Assembly: GCA_031409275.1 (NCBI GenBank) | Contig: JANNXA010000051.1 | Coordinates: 64,001-128,000 of the forward strand | Source of the DNA: Planctomycetota bacterium | GTDB lineage: Bacteria; Planctomycetota; B15-G4; SIAN01 | Length of the DNA stretch: 64,000 nt | Direction: 5' to 3' | In this document: positions 19,663-29,800 of the stretch, one piece after another | Position numbering within the stretch: position 1 is the stretch's first letter | How the letters are laid out: every line of letters begins with the position of its first letter | Position numbers and translations under genes: made by a program | The notes under the pieces: generated by a model | Told to the model about the DNA's origin: nothing | The model's input: only the letters and a program-made list of their open reading frames with translations | The model's database searches: none

Positions 19663-20403
19663 ATGCTGAGCTACGTCCGCAACATCGTCGACACGGTGAA
19701 GACCACCGTGAAGGGCATGCAGGTCACGTTCAAGAACCTGCGTCGCCCCGAGATCACCGTGTGCTACCCCGAGCAGCTGATGACGCTGCCCAAGGGGTAC
19801 CGTGGCATCCACACGCTCGACCAAGAGGCGTGCATCTACTGTTTTCAGTGCGCCAAGATCTGTCCCGTCGATTGCATCGAGATGAAGGCGGACCGCGTCG
19901 AGAAGAAGTTCCTCGCGTGGGAGCAGTTCTCGGTCGACTACAACAAGTGCATCTTCTGCAACCTTTGCGTCGAGGTCTGCCCGAAGGACTGCATCCACAT
20001 GGATCGCCGGGACGGTTCGGCGAAGTTCGCGCTCGTCACCGACGATCGCTCGACGCTGAACCTCGACATCCTCACCTACGTCGGCTTGTCGGAGACCGAC
20101 GACACCAACGTCCAGAAGATCGTCTCCGATCGCGCGGCCGGCATCACGACCCCGCCGGCCGCGCCTGCCGCGGCCAAACCGGCGGTGCCGGCGACGGCGG
20201 CCCCCGCGGTTGCAACGGCGGCGACCAAGCCGGCGGCGGCAGCGCCGGCCACGGCTGCTCCGGCTGCAACTCCTCAAGCAACTCCTCTAGCTGCAACTCC
20301 TCCGGCCGCCGCGCCGCGGCCAGCAACACCGCCGAGCGCCGCCGCGCCGACTCCTCCGCCCGCGGCGCCGCCGGCGCCTCCGACTCCGCCCGCTTCCGCT
20401 TGA
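19663..20403 (+). CDS. nuoI: NADH-quinone oxidoreductase subunit I with long Pro/Ala tail
   Basis: Two CxxCxxCxxxCP motifs (CIYCFQCAKICP, CIFCNLCVEVCP). Confidence 0.93.
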   Translation: MLSYVRNIVDTVKTTVKGMQVTFKNLRRPEITVCYPEQLMTLPKGYRGIHTLDQEACIYCFQCAKICPVDCIEMKADRVEKKFLAWEQFSVDYNKCIFCNLCVEVCPKDCIHMDRRDGSAKFALVTDDRSTLNLDILTYVGLSETDDTNVQKIVSDRAAGITTPPAAPAAAKPAVPATAAPAVATAATKPAAAAPATAAPAATPQATPLAATPPAAAPRPATPPSAAAPTPPPAAPPAPPTPPASA

Positions 20404-20528
20404 TCGACTCGCGATCGGTACGCGGCCTCGCGTCCGATCGCTGCCTGGATGTGACTGACCGTTTCTGACCGTTCTTGGACCGGCCGCTTGCAGCTTGCTG
20501 CAACGTGGCGACCGCAGGAGTGCCTGCG

Positions 20529-21047
20529 TTGGACAGCTTCAGTTTCTGGTTCTTCGGCGGGTGCGCGCTGATCGGCGCAGCGCTCGTCGCCTTGATGCCG
20601 CGGCTCGTGCATTCAGCGTTCGCGCTGGTGCTCGCGCTGATCGGCGTCGCCGGCCTCTATTGGGGGCTCGGCGCCGATTTCCTGGGCGGCGTGCAGCTGT
20701 TGGTCTACGTCGGCGGCATCACCATCCTCTTCATCTACGGCATCATGCTCACCCCGAAGGAGGCGACTCGGCCCACGCTGAGTTCGCTGCTCTTGCCCGG
20801 GCTGCTGGCGGCGGTGCCGGTGGCGGTGATGCTGCACTTGGCTTGGAAGGGCCTCGAGGTGGCGTTCCACGTGCCGGCGGCGATCGACGGCGCCGCGCTG
20901 CCTGAACCGCAGCCGACCGTCGAAGCGATCGGCCGCGCCTTCCTCACGCGCGATCAGTACCTGATCCCATTCGAGCTCGCCTCGCTGGTGCTGCTCGCCG
21001 CGCTGGTGGGTTCGATCTACCTGGCGCGTCGCCGCAAGGAGAGCTGA
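20529..21047 (+). CDS. nuoJ: NADH-quinone oxidoreductase subunit J
   Basis: VHSAFAL, QLLVYVGGITILF, PFELASLVLLAALVG; TTG start chosen 8 nt after AGGAG. Confidence 0.92.
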   Translation: MDSFSFWFFGGCALIGAALVALMPRLVHSAFALVLALIGVAGLYWGLGADFLGGVQLLVYVGGITILFIYGIMLTPKEATRPTLSSLLLPGLLAAVPVAVMLHLAWKGLEVAFHVPAAIDGAALPEPQPTVEAIGRAFLTRDQYLIPFELASLVLLAALVGSIYLARRRKES

Positions 21048-21048
21048 C

Positions 21049-21354
21049 GTGGAACACCTCTCCGGCTACGTCTTCATCGGCGCCGCGATGTTCGTGCTGG
21101 GCGTCTTCACCATGGTGACGCGCCGCAACGCGATCTACGTGCTGATGGGCGCGGAGCTCATCCTGAACGCCGCGGCGCTCAACTTCGTCGCCTTCGCCCG
21201 CCATCTGGGCAATCGCCTCGACGGGCAGATGTTCGCGATCTTCATCGTCATCCTCGCGGCGGCGGAGGCCGCGGTGGCGCTCGGAATCGTGCTGCAGATC
21301 CACCACCATTTCCCAAGCATCGACGTCAGCAAGCCTGACCGGCTCGGCGACTGA
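21049..21354 (+). CDS. nuoK: NADH-quinone oxidoreductase subunit K
   Basis: RRNAIYVLMGAELILNAA, AAAEAAVALGI. Confidence 0.95.
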   Translation: MEHLSGYVFIGAAMFVLGVFTMVTRRNAIYVLMGAELILNAAALNFVAFARHLGNRLDGQMFAIFIVILAAAEAAVALGIVLQIHHHFPSIDVSKPDRLGD

Positions 21355-21371
21355 GGGGACGGGGAACGCGG

Positions 21372-23579
21372 ATGGAATTCTTCCAACACGACACCCCCGG
21401 CTGGTACGCGCTGGCGATCCTCCTGCTTCCGTTGGCAGGGTTTTGCTTCAACGCGTTCACCTACCGGACGGAATTCACGCGCAAGCGCGGCCACCTGGTC
21501 CCGCTGCTGACCATCGGCACCGCGCTCTTCTGCGCGCTGTCGATCTTCAAGCACGCGGTGATCGACTACGAGCCCGGCCACGACGCCACCGCGCATGCGG
21601 CGGCCACGCACGGCGGTGGCGGCCATGAAGGCGGCGCCGCAGGGGAACTCGCGGGCGAGCACGCAACGGCGGCAGGCCACGCCGCCGGATCGCTCGCCGA
21701 TCCGCGCTGGCACTGGTCGAGCAAGGATCACGGCGGTTCCTATCGCCTGATCGACACCGGTGCGCTCCGCATCGACGCCGGGATCACCATCGACCACCTG
21801 ACCGCGACGATGCTCGTCGTGGTGACGCTGGTCGCCTTCCTGGTGCACCTCTACTCGACGGCCTACATGCATGGCGACAAGCGCTACAGCCGCTTCTTCG
21901 CCTTCCTGCAGCTGTTCAGCTTCTCGATGCTCGGGCTGCTCCTGACCGACAACCTGCTCCTGCTGTTCTGCTTCTGGGAGCTGGTCGGGCTCTGCTCCTA
22001 CTTCCTGATCGGCTTCTGGTTCGAGAACGACGATCCGCCGAAGGCTTCGATGAAGGCCTTCATGACCAATCGCTTCGGCGACGTCGGCTTCCTGGTCGGC
22101 ATCCTCCTCGTCTACCGGATGTTCGGAACGACCGACCTGTCGACGCTCTACTCGAAGCTGCAGGCGGTCGCCGAGGGGAGCGCTTCGATCCCGCCGCTGT
22201 TTGGTTGGGAGGCCGGAACGCTGCTGACCATCGCCGGCCTCTGCCTCTTCATGGGGCCGATGGCGAAGTCGGCGCAGTTCCCGATGCACGTCTGGTTGCC
22301 GGACGCCATGGCGGGCCCGACGCCGGTGTCGGCGTTGATCCACGCGGCCACCATGGTCGCGGCCGGCGTCTACATGGTCGGCCGGATCTACTTCTTCTTC
22401 ACGCCGAGCTGCCTTGCGGCGATCGCCGGCATCGGCACCGTGACGGCGCTCGTCGCCGCGACCATCGGCCTCGTCCACAACAACATCAAGAAGGTGCTGG
22501 CCTACTCCACCTGCAGCCAGCTCGGCTACATGATGTTGTCGCTCGGCGTGGGCGGCTATTCAGCCGGCCTCTTCCACCTCTACACCCACGCGTTCTTCAA
22601 GGCGTGCCTCTTCCTTGGCGCGGGTTCGGTCATCCACTCGGTGCACACCGAGGACATGCGGGAGATGGGCGGGCTGAAGGAGAAGATGCCCGTCACCTAT
22701 CGCACGATGCTGATCGCGACTCTCGCGCTGGCGGGCGTGCCGTTCTTCAGCGGCGCCTTCAGCAAGGAGATGATCGTCGAGCACGCGTTGACCTGGGGCT
22801 TCGGCACCAACGTCGCCAAGATGCTCCCTGCGATCATCGCCATCGGCGGCGGCGGTCTGACCTTTTTCTACATGATGCGCCTGATCAACCTGACCTTCTT
22901 CGGGCAGGCGCGCGACGCCCACAAGTTCGACCACGCGCACGAGTCGCCGCCAGCGATGACGATCCCGCTGATCGTGCTCGCGTTCCTCTCGCTCTTCTCG
23001 GTCGGCTGGCCGATCCCGCTCTTCGGCGGCAAGAAACTGCCTGAGCTGCTTTCGCCGCCGCCGGCGCTCGCCTCGATCGCGCTCGGCCACGAGGAACATC
23101 ACGGCCACGCCGGCTTCGCGCTCGCGTTCGCCGTGCTGGTGATCTCGTGCCTCGTGCTGTGGGCCGGCTACGTGCTCTACCAGAAGACCTACAAGCAGCG
23201 CGCGCCCGGCCCGGAAGTCTGGGTCGCACGCTTCGGTTCGCTCTACACCACGGTGAGCCGCCTCTACTACGTCGACGAGTTCTACAAGGCGACCGTCGTG
23301 CGCCTGGGCTACGCGACGTCGCGCGTCCTGGCGATCGTCGATCAGAAGGTGCTCGATGCCGCGGTGAACGGCGTCGGCGCGCTGGGCCAGCTCGTCGGCC
23401 ACGCCTTCGCGCTGTTCGATCGAGTGGTCGTCGACGGCCTCGTCAACGTCTGGTGGCACCTGAGCCACGCCCTCTCGAAGAAGTTGCGCCGCATCCAAAC
23501 CGGAAACCTGCAGGACTACCTCGCCTTTGCCGTCGGTGGCATGGCACTGGTGACGCTCCTGTTCCTCTTCCTGGCTTGA
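21372..23579 (+). CDS. nuoL: NADH-quinone oxidoreductase subunit L
   Basis: FWELVGLCSYFLIGFW, KSAQFPMHVWLPDAMAGPTPVSALIHAATMV, KKVLAYST. Confidence 0.96.
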   Translation: MEFFQHDTPGWYALAILLLPLAGFCFNAFTYRTEFTRKRGHLVPLLTIGTALFCALSIFKHAVIDYEPGHDATAHAAATHGGGGHEGGAAGELAGEHATAAGHAAGSLADPRWHWSSKDHGGSYRLIDTGALRIDAGITIDHLTATMLVVVTLVAFLVHLYSTAYMHGDKRYSRFFAFLQLFSFSMLGLLLTDNLLLLFCFWELVGLCSYFLIGFWFENDDPPKASMKAFMTNRFGDVGFLVGILLVYRMFGTTDLSTLYSKLQAVAEGSASIPPLFGWEAGTLLTIAGLCLFMGPMAKSAQFPMHVWLPDAMAGPTPVSALIHAATMVAAGVYMVGRIYFFFTPSCLAAIAGIGTVTALVAATIGLVHNNIKKVLAYSTCSQLGYMMLSLGVGGYSAGLFHLYTHAFFKACLFLGAGSVIHSVHTEDMREMGGLKEKMPVTYRTMLIATLALAGVPFFSGAFSKEMIVEHALTWGFGTNVAKMLPAIIAIGGGGLTFFYMMRLINLTFFGQARDAHKFDHAHESPPAMTIPLIVLAFLSLFSVGWPIPLFGGKKLPELLSPPPALASIALGHEEHHGHAGFALAFAVLVISCLVLWAGYVLYQKTYKQRAPGPEVWVARFGSLYTTVSRLYYVDEFYKATVVRLGYATSRVLAIVDQKVLDAAVNGVGALGQLVGHAFALFDRVVVDGLVNVWWHLSHALSKKLRRIQTGNLQDYLAFAVGGMALVTLLFLFLA

Positions 23580-23622
23580 GAGCCGGTCCGCTCCGGTCTC
23601 TCTCCACGGGAAAACGCAAGTC

Positions 23623-25170
23623 ATGATCTCGACCTTCGACTCGTCTCATCTGCTCAGCTGGATCACGCTCTCGCCGCTGCTCGGCGTGCTCGCGATCCTC
23701 TTCACGCCACGCGAGAAGCACGACGTCATCAAGACGCTCGCCGCGGCCTTCACCGGCATCCCGCTCGCGCTCTCGGTGTGGATGTACGTGAAGTTCGACC
23801 AGTCGCTGGCGGGCTACCAGCTCTTCGACGACTTCGCCTGGGTCGAGGCGTTCAACATCCGCTACACGGTCGGCGTCGACGGCCTCTCGTCGCCGTTGGT
23901 GCTGCTGACCAGCATCCTGATGTTCTTCGCAGTCTTCTCGTCGTGGAACACCGAGAAGGGCGTGAAGGGCTACTTCATGCTGCTGCTGCTGCTCGAAGTC
24001 GGCGTCAACGGCGTCTTCGTCAGCCTCGACTTCTTCCTCTTCTACGTCTACTGGGAGCTGATGCTGCTCCCGATGTACTTCCTGATCGGCATCTGGGGCG
24101 GGCCGCGCCGCGAGTACGCCGCGATCAAGTTCTTCCTCTACACGCTGGCGGGCTCGGTCCTGATGCTCGTCGCGATGATCGCGATGTACCTGCACTCGGG
24201 CCCGACCGCCGCCGAGCGCACCTTCAGTCTCATCACACTGGCGGAGCGCGGCCAGAACGGCCTCTTCGCCAACGGCCCCATGCTCTTCGGCATGGAGTTC
24301 CGCCACTGGCTCTTCCTGTTCCTCTTCATCGGCTTCGCCATCAAGGTCCCGGTCTTCCCGTTCCATACGTGGTTGCCCGATGCCCACGTCGAAGCCCCGA
24401 CCGCGATCTCGGTGATCCTGGCCGGCATCCTGCTGAAGCTCGGCGGCTACGGCTTGATGCGCATGAACATGAGCATCTTCCCCGGCGTGATGTGGGACGG
24501 CAGCGGCCCGACCGCCTGGGCCACCGGCATCGCCCTGCTCGGGATGATCAACTGCGTCTATGGCGCGTTCGTCGCCATGGCGCAGACCGACATGAAGAAG
24601 CTGGTCGCCTACTCCTCGGTCGCGCACATGGGTTTCGTGCTGCTCGGCCTCGCGGCGATGAACCCCAACGGCATCGCCGGAGCCAACCTGCAGTTGTTCA
24701 ACCACGGCACCAGCTCGGCGATGCTCTTCCTCCTCGTCGGCGTCATCTACGACCGCGCCCACCACCGCGAGATCGCGAAGTTCGGCGGACTCGCCGCGCA
24801 CATGCCGATGTACGCCAGCCTGGCGTTCCTCGGCATCTTCACCTCGCTCGGACTGCCCGGCCTCGCCGGCTTCTGGGGCGAGGCGCTCTCGCTGATCGGT
24901 GCCTACGAGCACTTCCCGAAGATCGTGCTGGTCTCGACGATCGGCCTGATCGTGACCGCCGCGTTCTTCCTGATGATGATCCGCAAGGTCTTCTTCGGTC
25001 CGAAGAAGGAGATCTACGCCGGCTTCCCCGACCTCACGCTGCGCGAGTGGGCCTGCCTCACGCCGTTCGGCCTGCTGTGCATCGTCCTTGGCGTCGCTCC
25101 GTTCCTGCTCAGCGACTGGATGAAGCCGTCGATCGCGGCTCTCGCCAGCCTGTTCGGCGCGAAGAGCTGA
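23623..25170 (+). CDS. nuoM: NADH-quinone oxidoreductase subunit M
   Basis: GVDGLS, WELMLLPMYFLIGIWG, HTWLPDAHVEAPT, KKLVAYSSVAHMG. Confidence 0.96.
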   Translation: MISTFDSSHLLSWITLSPLLGVLAILFTPREKHDVIKTLAAAFTGIPLALSVWMYVKFDQSLAGYQLFDDFAWVEAFNIRYTVGVDGLSSPLVLLTSILMFFAVFSSWNTEKGVKGYFMLLLLLEVGVNGVFVSLDFFLFYVYWELMLLPMYFLIGIWGGPRREYAAIKFFLYTLAGSVLMLVAMIAMYLHSGPTAAERTFSLITLAERGQNGLFANGPMLFGMEFRHWLFLFLFIGFAIKVPVFPFHTWLPDAHVEAPTAISVILAGILLKLGGYGLMRMNMSIFPGVMWDGSGPTAWATGIALLGMINCVYGAFVAMAQTDMKKLVAYSSVAHMGFVLLGLAAMNPNGIAGANLQLFNHGTSSAMLFLLVGVIYDRAHHREIAKFGGLAAHMPMYASLAFLGIFTSLGLPGLAGFWGEALSLIGAYEHFPKIVLVSTIGLIVTAAFFLMMIRKVFFGPKKEIYAGFPDLTLREWACLTPFGLLCIVLGVAPFLLSDWMKPSIAALASLFGAKS

Positions 25171-25207
25171 CCTTCCCACTGCCGCCGCCCGATCGCCGGA
25201 GCTGAAC

Positions 25208-26749
25208 GTGAATTTGAAGGACTACCTGCAAGACCTGTCGCGCATCTGGCCGGAGATCCTCCTCTCGGTCACGGCGCTGATGGCGCTGCTTTGCGACCTG
25301 CTGCTGAAAGGCAAGGAGACGCGAGTCACCGGATGGGTGACCGCGATCGGCGTCCTCTTCACGCTCGGCTGGATCTGCCGCGACTTCGCGGGCGCCGACG
25401 GCAGCCGCATCTTCGGATTGATGCTGCACGACCGCTTCGCCATGTTCTTCAAGCTGTTGATCACGACCGGGCTTCTGATCGTGACCCTGCTCTCGATCTT
25501 CTTCCGCGGCTTCCAGAAGGACGGCGTCGGCGAGTACTACTCCATCCTCGTGATCGCCGCGGTCGGCGCCTTCTTCATGGTGTCGACCGACAACCTGCTG
25601 CTGATGTTCCTCGCGCTCGAGACGCTCTCGATCAGCTCCTACGCGCTGGCCGGCTTCCTGAAGCGCGACGTGCGCTCGGCGGAGGCGTCGATGAAGTACC
25701 TCGTGTTCGGCGCGCTGTCGTCGGGCGCGATGGTGTACGGCTTCTCGCTGCTCTACGGCTTCGCGGGCAGCCTCGAGTTGCCGCAGATCGCGACCACCGT
25801 GCGCACTCTGCTGCAAGGCGGCGAACATGGGCTCGACGCCGCGGGGATCGGCTGCGCCATCGCCGTCGTGCTCTCGCTTGCCGGCTTCGGCTACAAGGTC
25901 GCCGCGTTCCCGTTCCACTTCTGGAGTCCCGACGTCTACGAAGGCGCGCCGACGCCCGTCACCACCTTCCTCGCCGTCGTCTCCAAGGTGGCGAGCTTCG
26001 GGATGATCCTGCGCTTCTTCGGCGGCATCCCCCACGGCGGCGAAGGCTCGGCCCCGCTCGCCGCGGTGATCGCCGCGATCGCCGCGTGCTCGATGACGTT
26101 CGGCAACCTCGCAGCGATGCTGCAGGAGAACGCCAAGCGCCTGCTCGCCTACTCCTCGATCGCCCACTCGGGCTACCTGCTCGCCGGCGTCGCGGCGCTC
26201 GTCGCGCCGGGTGCTGCGGCGGGTGGCCACGAAGGGGGAGCCGCCCATGCGCTGGTCGCGGGGCTCACGGGCGGGCAGGCGGTGACCTACTACGCCGCCG
26301 CCTATCTGCTGATGAACCTCGGCGCGTTCGCCGTAGTGATCTACCTGTCGAATCGCTTCGGCTGCCAGACGGTGGCAAGCATGGCGGGGCTCGGTTGGAA
26401 GGCGCCGATCGCGTGCGGGACGCTGGTGCTCTTCCTGCTGTCGCTGACGGGCATCCCGCCGACCGTTGGCTTCGTCGGCAAGTGGTACCTGCTGCAGCCG
26501 ATCTGGTCGAAGGGGCTGCACTGGCTGGCGGTGACGCTCGTGCTCAATTCGATCGTCTCGCTCTTCTATTACTTCCGCCTCGCGCGCAGCCTCTTCCTCA
26601 AGGACGAGTCGCAGGTACTGGCGAGCCCGCGGAAGAACGCCTTCGGCGCCGAGATCACCGCGATCGCCGTGGCGCTGGCGATCGCAACGGTCTGGTTTGG
26701 CGTTTCGCTCCGTTGGCTGGCCGATCTGGTGCTGTCGATCCACATCTGA
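25208..26749 (+). CDS. nuoN: NADH-quinone oxidoreductase subunit N
   Basis: SAEASMKY, PFHFWSPDVYEGAPTPV, KRLLAYSSIAHSGY, GIPPTVGFVGK. Confidence 0.96.
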   Translation: MNLKDYLQDLSRIWPEILLSVTALMALLCDLLLKGKETRVTGWVTAIGVLFTLGWICRDFAGADGSRIFGLMLHDRFAMFFKLLITTGLLIVTLLSIFFRGFQKDGVGEYYSILVIAAVGAFFMVSTDNLLLMFLALETLSISSYALAGFLKRDVRSAEASMKYLVFGALSSGAMVYGFSLLYGFAGSLELPQIATTVRTLLQGGEHGLDAAGIGCAIAVVLSLAGFGYKVAAFPFHFWSPDVYEGAPTPVTTFLAVVSKVASFGMILRFFGGIPHGGEGSAPLAAVIAAIAACSMTFGNLAAMLQENAKRLLAYSSIAHSGYLLAGVAALVAPGAAAGGHEGGAAHALVAGLTGGQAVTYYAAAYLLMNLGAFAVVIYLSNRFGCQTVASMAGLGWKAPIACGTLVLFLLSLTGIPPTVGFVGKWYLLQPIWSKGLHWLAVTLVLNSIVSLFYYFRLARSLFLKDESQVLASPRKNAFGAEITAIAVALAIATVWFGVSLRWLADLVLSIHI

Positions 26750-26874
26750 TCAGGCGTCCGACCGGCGCTTCGACCCCACGTCTCGTCGCGACGAACCGGG
26801 CGGGCTACGATCCCGTCGCTACTGGCTCGCGCACGGCGCGAGCCGCTCTCGCGCCCTGGCCGTGGAGGATCCCC

Positions 26875-29800
26875 ATGGGTTTCGCTTCGCCCCGCCGCTG
26901 CCACACCCCGCTTCCCCGCTGGCGATCGATCGCTGTCCTGGCCGTGCTTGCCGGCGCTGCGCACGCGCAGACCTGGCCGCTCGACTTCGTGACGGAGGAG
27001 ATCGGCATCGGTTGGGATCGTCCGACCTGCATCACGTTCGCCGACGCTGCCAACATGCTGGTCGCGGAGAAGGGCGGCCGGCTCTGGAACGTGCGCAACA
27101 GCGTGAAGCGACTGACGCCGGTGATCGACCTCAGCTCCGAGGTGCTCGACAATGGCGACCGCGGCCTGCTCACCGTGATCGCCGACCCGGAGTGGGACAG
27201 CAACGGCTACATCTACCTCGGCTACATCGTCGACCCGGACGCCGATTCGAGCGACGACGAGCAGGAGTCGTTCGGCCGCATCATCCGGCTCACGACGACA
27301 CGGGACCTGAACGGCGACCTGGTCGCCGATCCGACGTCGCGCAAGACGCTGATCGGCGCGACCTGGACGAGCGGCATTCCGTCGCTGCACTACTCCCACT
27401 CGATCGGCGACATGCGCTTCGCCGCGGACGGCAGCCTCTTCATCACCACCGGTGATGGCGCGCACTACGACCTCACCGACGCCGGTGGCTTCGACCCCAA
27501 CGGCTTCGGTCCCGGCAAGTTCGACGCTTCCGAGGACATCGGCGCGTTCCGTTCGCAGTCGCTGACGTCGCTCGCGGGCAAGGTGCTTCGCATCGATCCG
27601 GAGACGGGGCTTGGCCTGCCCGACAATCCCTTCTTCACCGGCAAGGCGGGCGACCACGCCTCACGCATCTGGGCGCTTGGCCTGCGCAACCCGTTCCGCT
27701 TCACGCTGCGTCCCGGCTCGGGGATCCCCGAGAAGCTCTACATCGGTGACGTTGGTTGGGGCACCGTCGAAGAGATCGACCACGCGCAACGCAATGCCGA
27801 GAACTTCGGCTGGCCGTGCTTCGAGGGGCCGCGCGTCGAGAACAGCTACGACAACGCCGATCCCAACGGCGAGTGCGACGATCCAACCGTCTTCACCAAG
27901 CCGATCTGGGCGTTCCACCACTCGACGCCGGGCTCGGCAGGCTTCACCAGCCAGTGCATCGCCGGCATGCAGATCTACGACGGAACCGCCTATCCGCAGC
28001 AGTATTCGGGGCGACTCTTCTTCTGCGAGTACGCCTCGGACTGGATCCGCACCGTTCGCTTCGTCAACGGCACCCCGACCGAGGTCGAGCTTTTCGGCAA
28101 CAACATCGGCAACCCGGTCGATCTGATCGCCGATCCCGTGAGCGGCGACCTCATCTACGTGGCGATCGGCGACAACGCGATCCGCCGCATCCGCTACACG
28201 AACGCCAACCACCCGCCGGAGGCGGTCGCCACCGCGACCCCCAACTTCGGCCCCTCTCCGCTGACCGTGACGCTCGATGCCAGCGCGTCGACCGACCCCG
28301 AAGGGTTGCCGCTCGCCTACCTGTGGGACTTCGGCGATGGCACCACCGGCACCAATGCCGTCGAAGCACATCTCTACCCGCTCGGCATCGACTACACGGT
28401 CAAGTTGACCGTCACCGACGTCGGCGGCGAGACCGCCAGTTGGACCAAGCAGATCTCGGTCGACAACACGCCCCCCGTGATCACCCAGATCACTTCGCCG
28501 CCGCAGCCGGGCTACTACACCGACGGGCAGTCGATCAACTTCTCGCTGATCGCCAGCGACCTCGAGGATGGCGCGGCCGGCATCCCGCTGGTCGTCGAGT
28601 GGAAACTCGACCTCGTCCATGACCACCACACGCACCCGTCGTGGCTCAAGCTCTTCGGCGCGAACGTGAACTGGAACGCCGAAAGCGAAGGGCACGGCAC
28701 CTACTATCGCGTGACCGCGAAGGTCACCGACAGCCGCGGACTCAAGGCCACGCAGGCGTTCGACCTCTTCGATCTCGATGCAGAACCGGAGCCCCACCTC
28801 GACTCGGTGAGCGACGTGGCGCCGCGGCTGGGAGTGCCGGTCGAAGCGCGCGCCCACGTGCACTACGCGGGCAAGGGCAGCGCCGACCTCGTCTTCGACT
28901 GGGGCGACGGCAGCCGCGACGTGTTCCACCCGTCGCACCTGCAGGACCGCAAGCCCAACCACCTCTACGCCGCGCCCGGCATCTACACGCTGCGCGTTTC
29001 TGCCAGCGATGACGTCGCGACCAACACAGTCGAACAGGTCCTGCAGGTGCGTCCGTTTCACCCGGCGGTCGCGATCTTCGCCCCCGTCATCGTGAAACGC
29101 TGGATCGACGAATCCAAGCAATGGGAGATCGCGACCCAGCTCGCCACCGAATTGCGTTCGCGCGGATACGAGGCCGAGATCTTCGGCCACGGCAACCAGG
29201 AGGCGCTGACGCGTTGGATGGAGATCTATCGCAACGACGGACTGCGCGACTACCTCGTCGTGCTCGACGTCGGGCCTGCCGCGATCTACTCCGGTCAGGA
29301 CGACGGCTCCATCGCCGAGGACTGGATCGAGAGCGGCAACGGGATCCTCTGGACCGGCTACAGCCCGTTCGCGTGGTACGTGGGCGAGGACGGCACGGTC
29401 GACGACGTGGGCGCGGGCGTCTTCGCCGCGGATGAAGTGCTCGACTCCGCTTCGAGCGCCGTCTGCAACGGCGTCGGCGTGATGCAACTGCTGCCGCCCG
29501 CATCCGACCTCCCCGATCTGCGGTCGTTCAGCGCGACGCGCGCCGTGATCGCCAGCAAGCTCGGCAGCGGCTGGAGCGAGGTGGTCGCCTACGCAGACGA
29601 CGGCACCAGCGGATCGAGCCGCTCGACCGATGCCGCGCTCTTCCGCAATTCCACCGGCGGCGACTACGCGCAGTTCCATGTCGTCAACGACAGCACCCTC
29701 CCGCGTGCGGGAGTGATCCGCGACTTCCTGCTCACGCAGCTCTTCGCGGGCCGCCCGGCGCCGCCGGTCTCCTTCACCCTGCTCGACCCCTACATGCAGG

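Noticed and set aside
25291..26874. N-terminal 528 aa of the 1592-aa ORF
   Set aside because: Alternative frame over nuoN; the signal peptide and RBS place the start at 26875.
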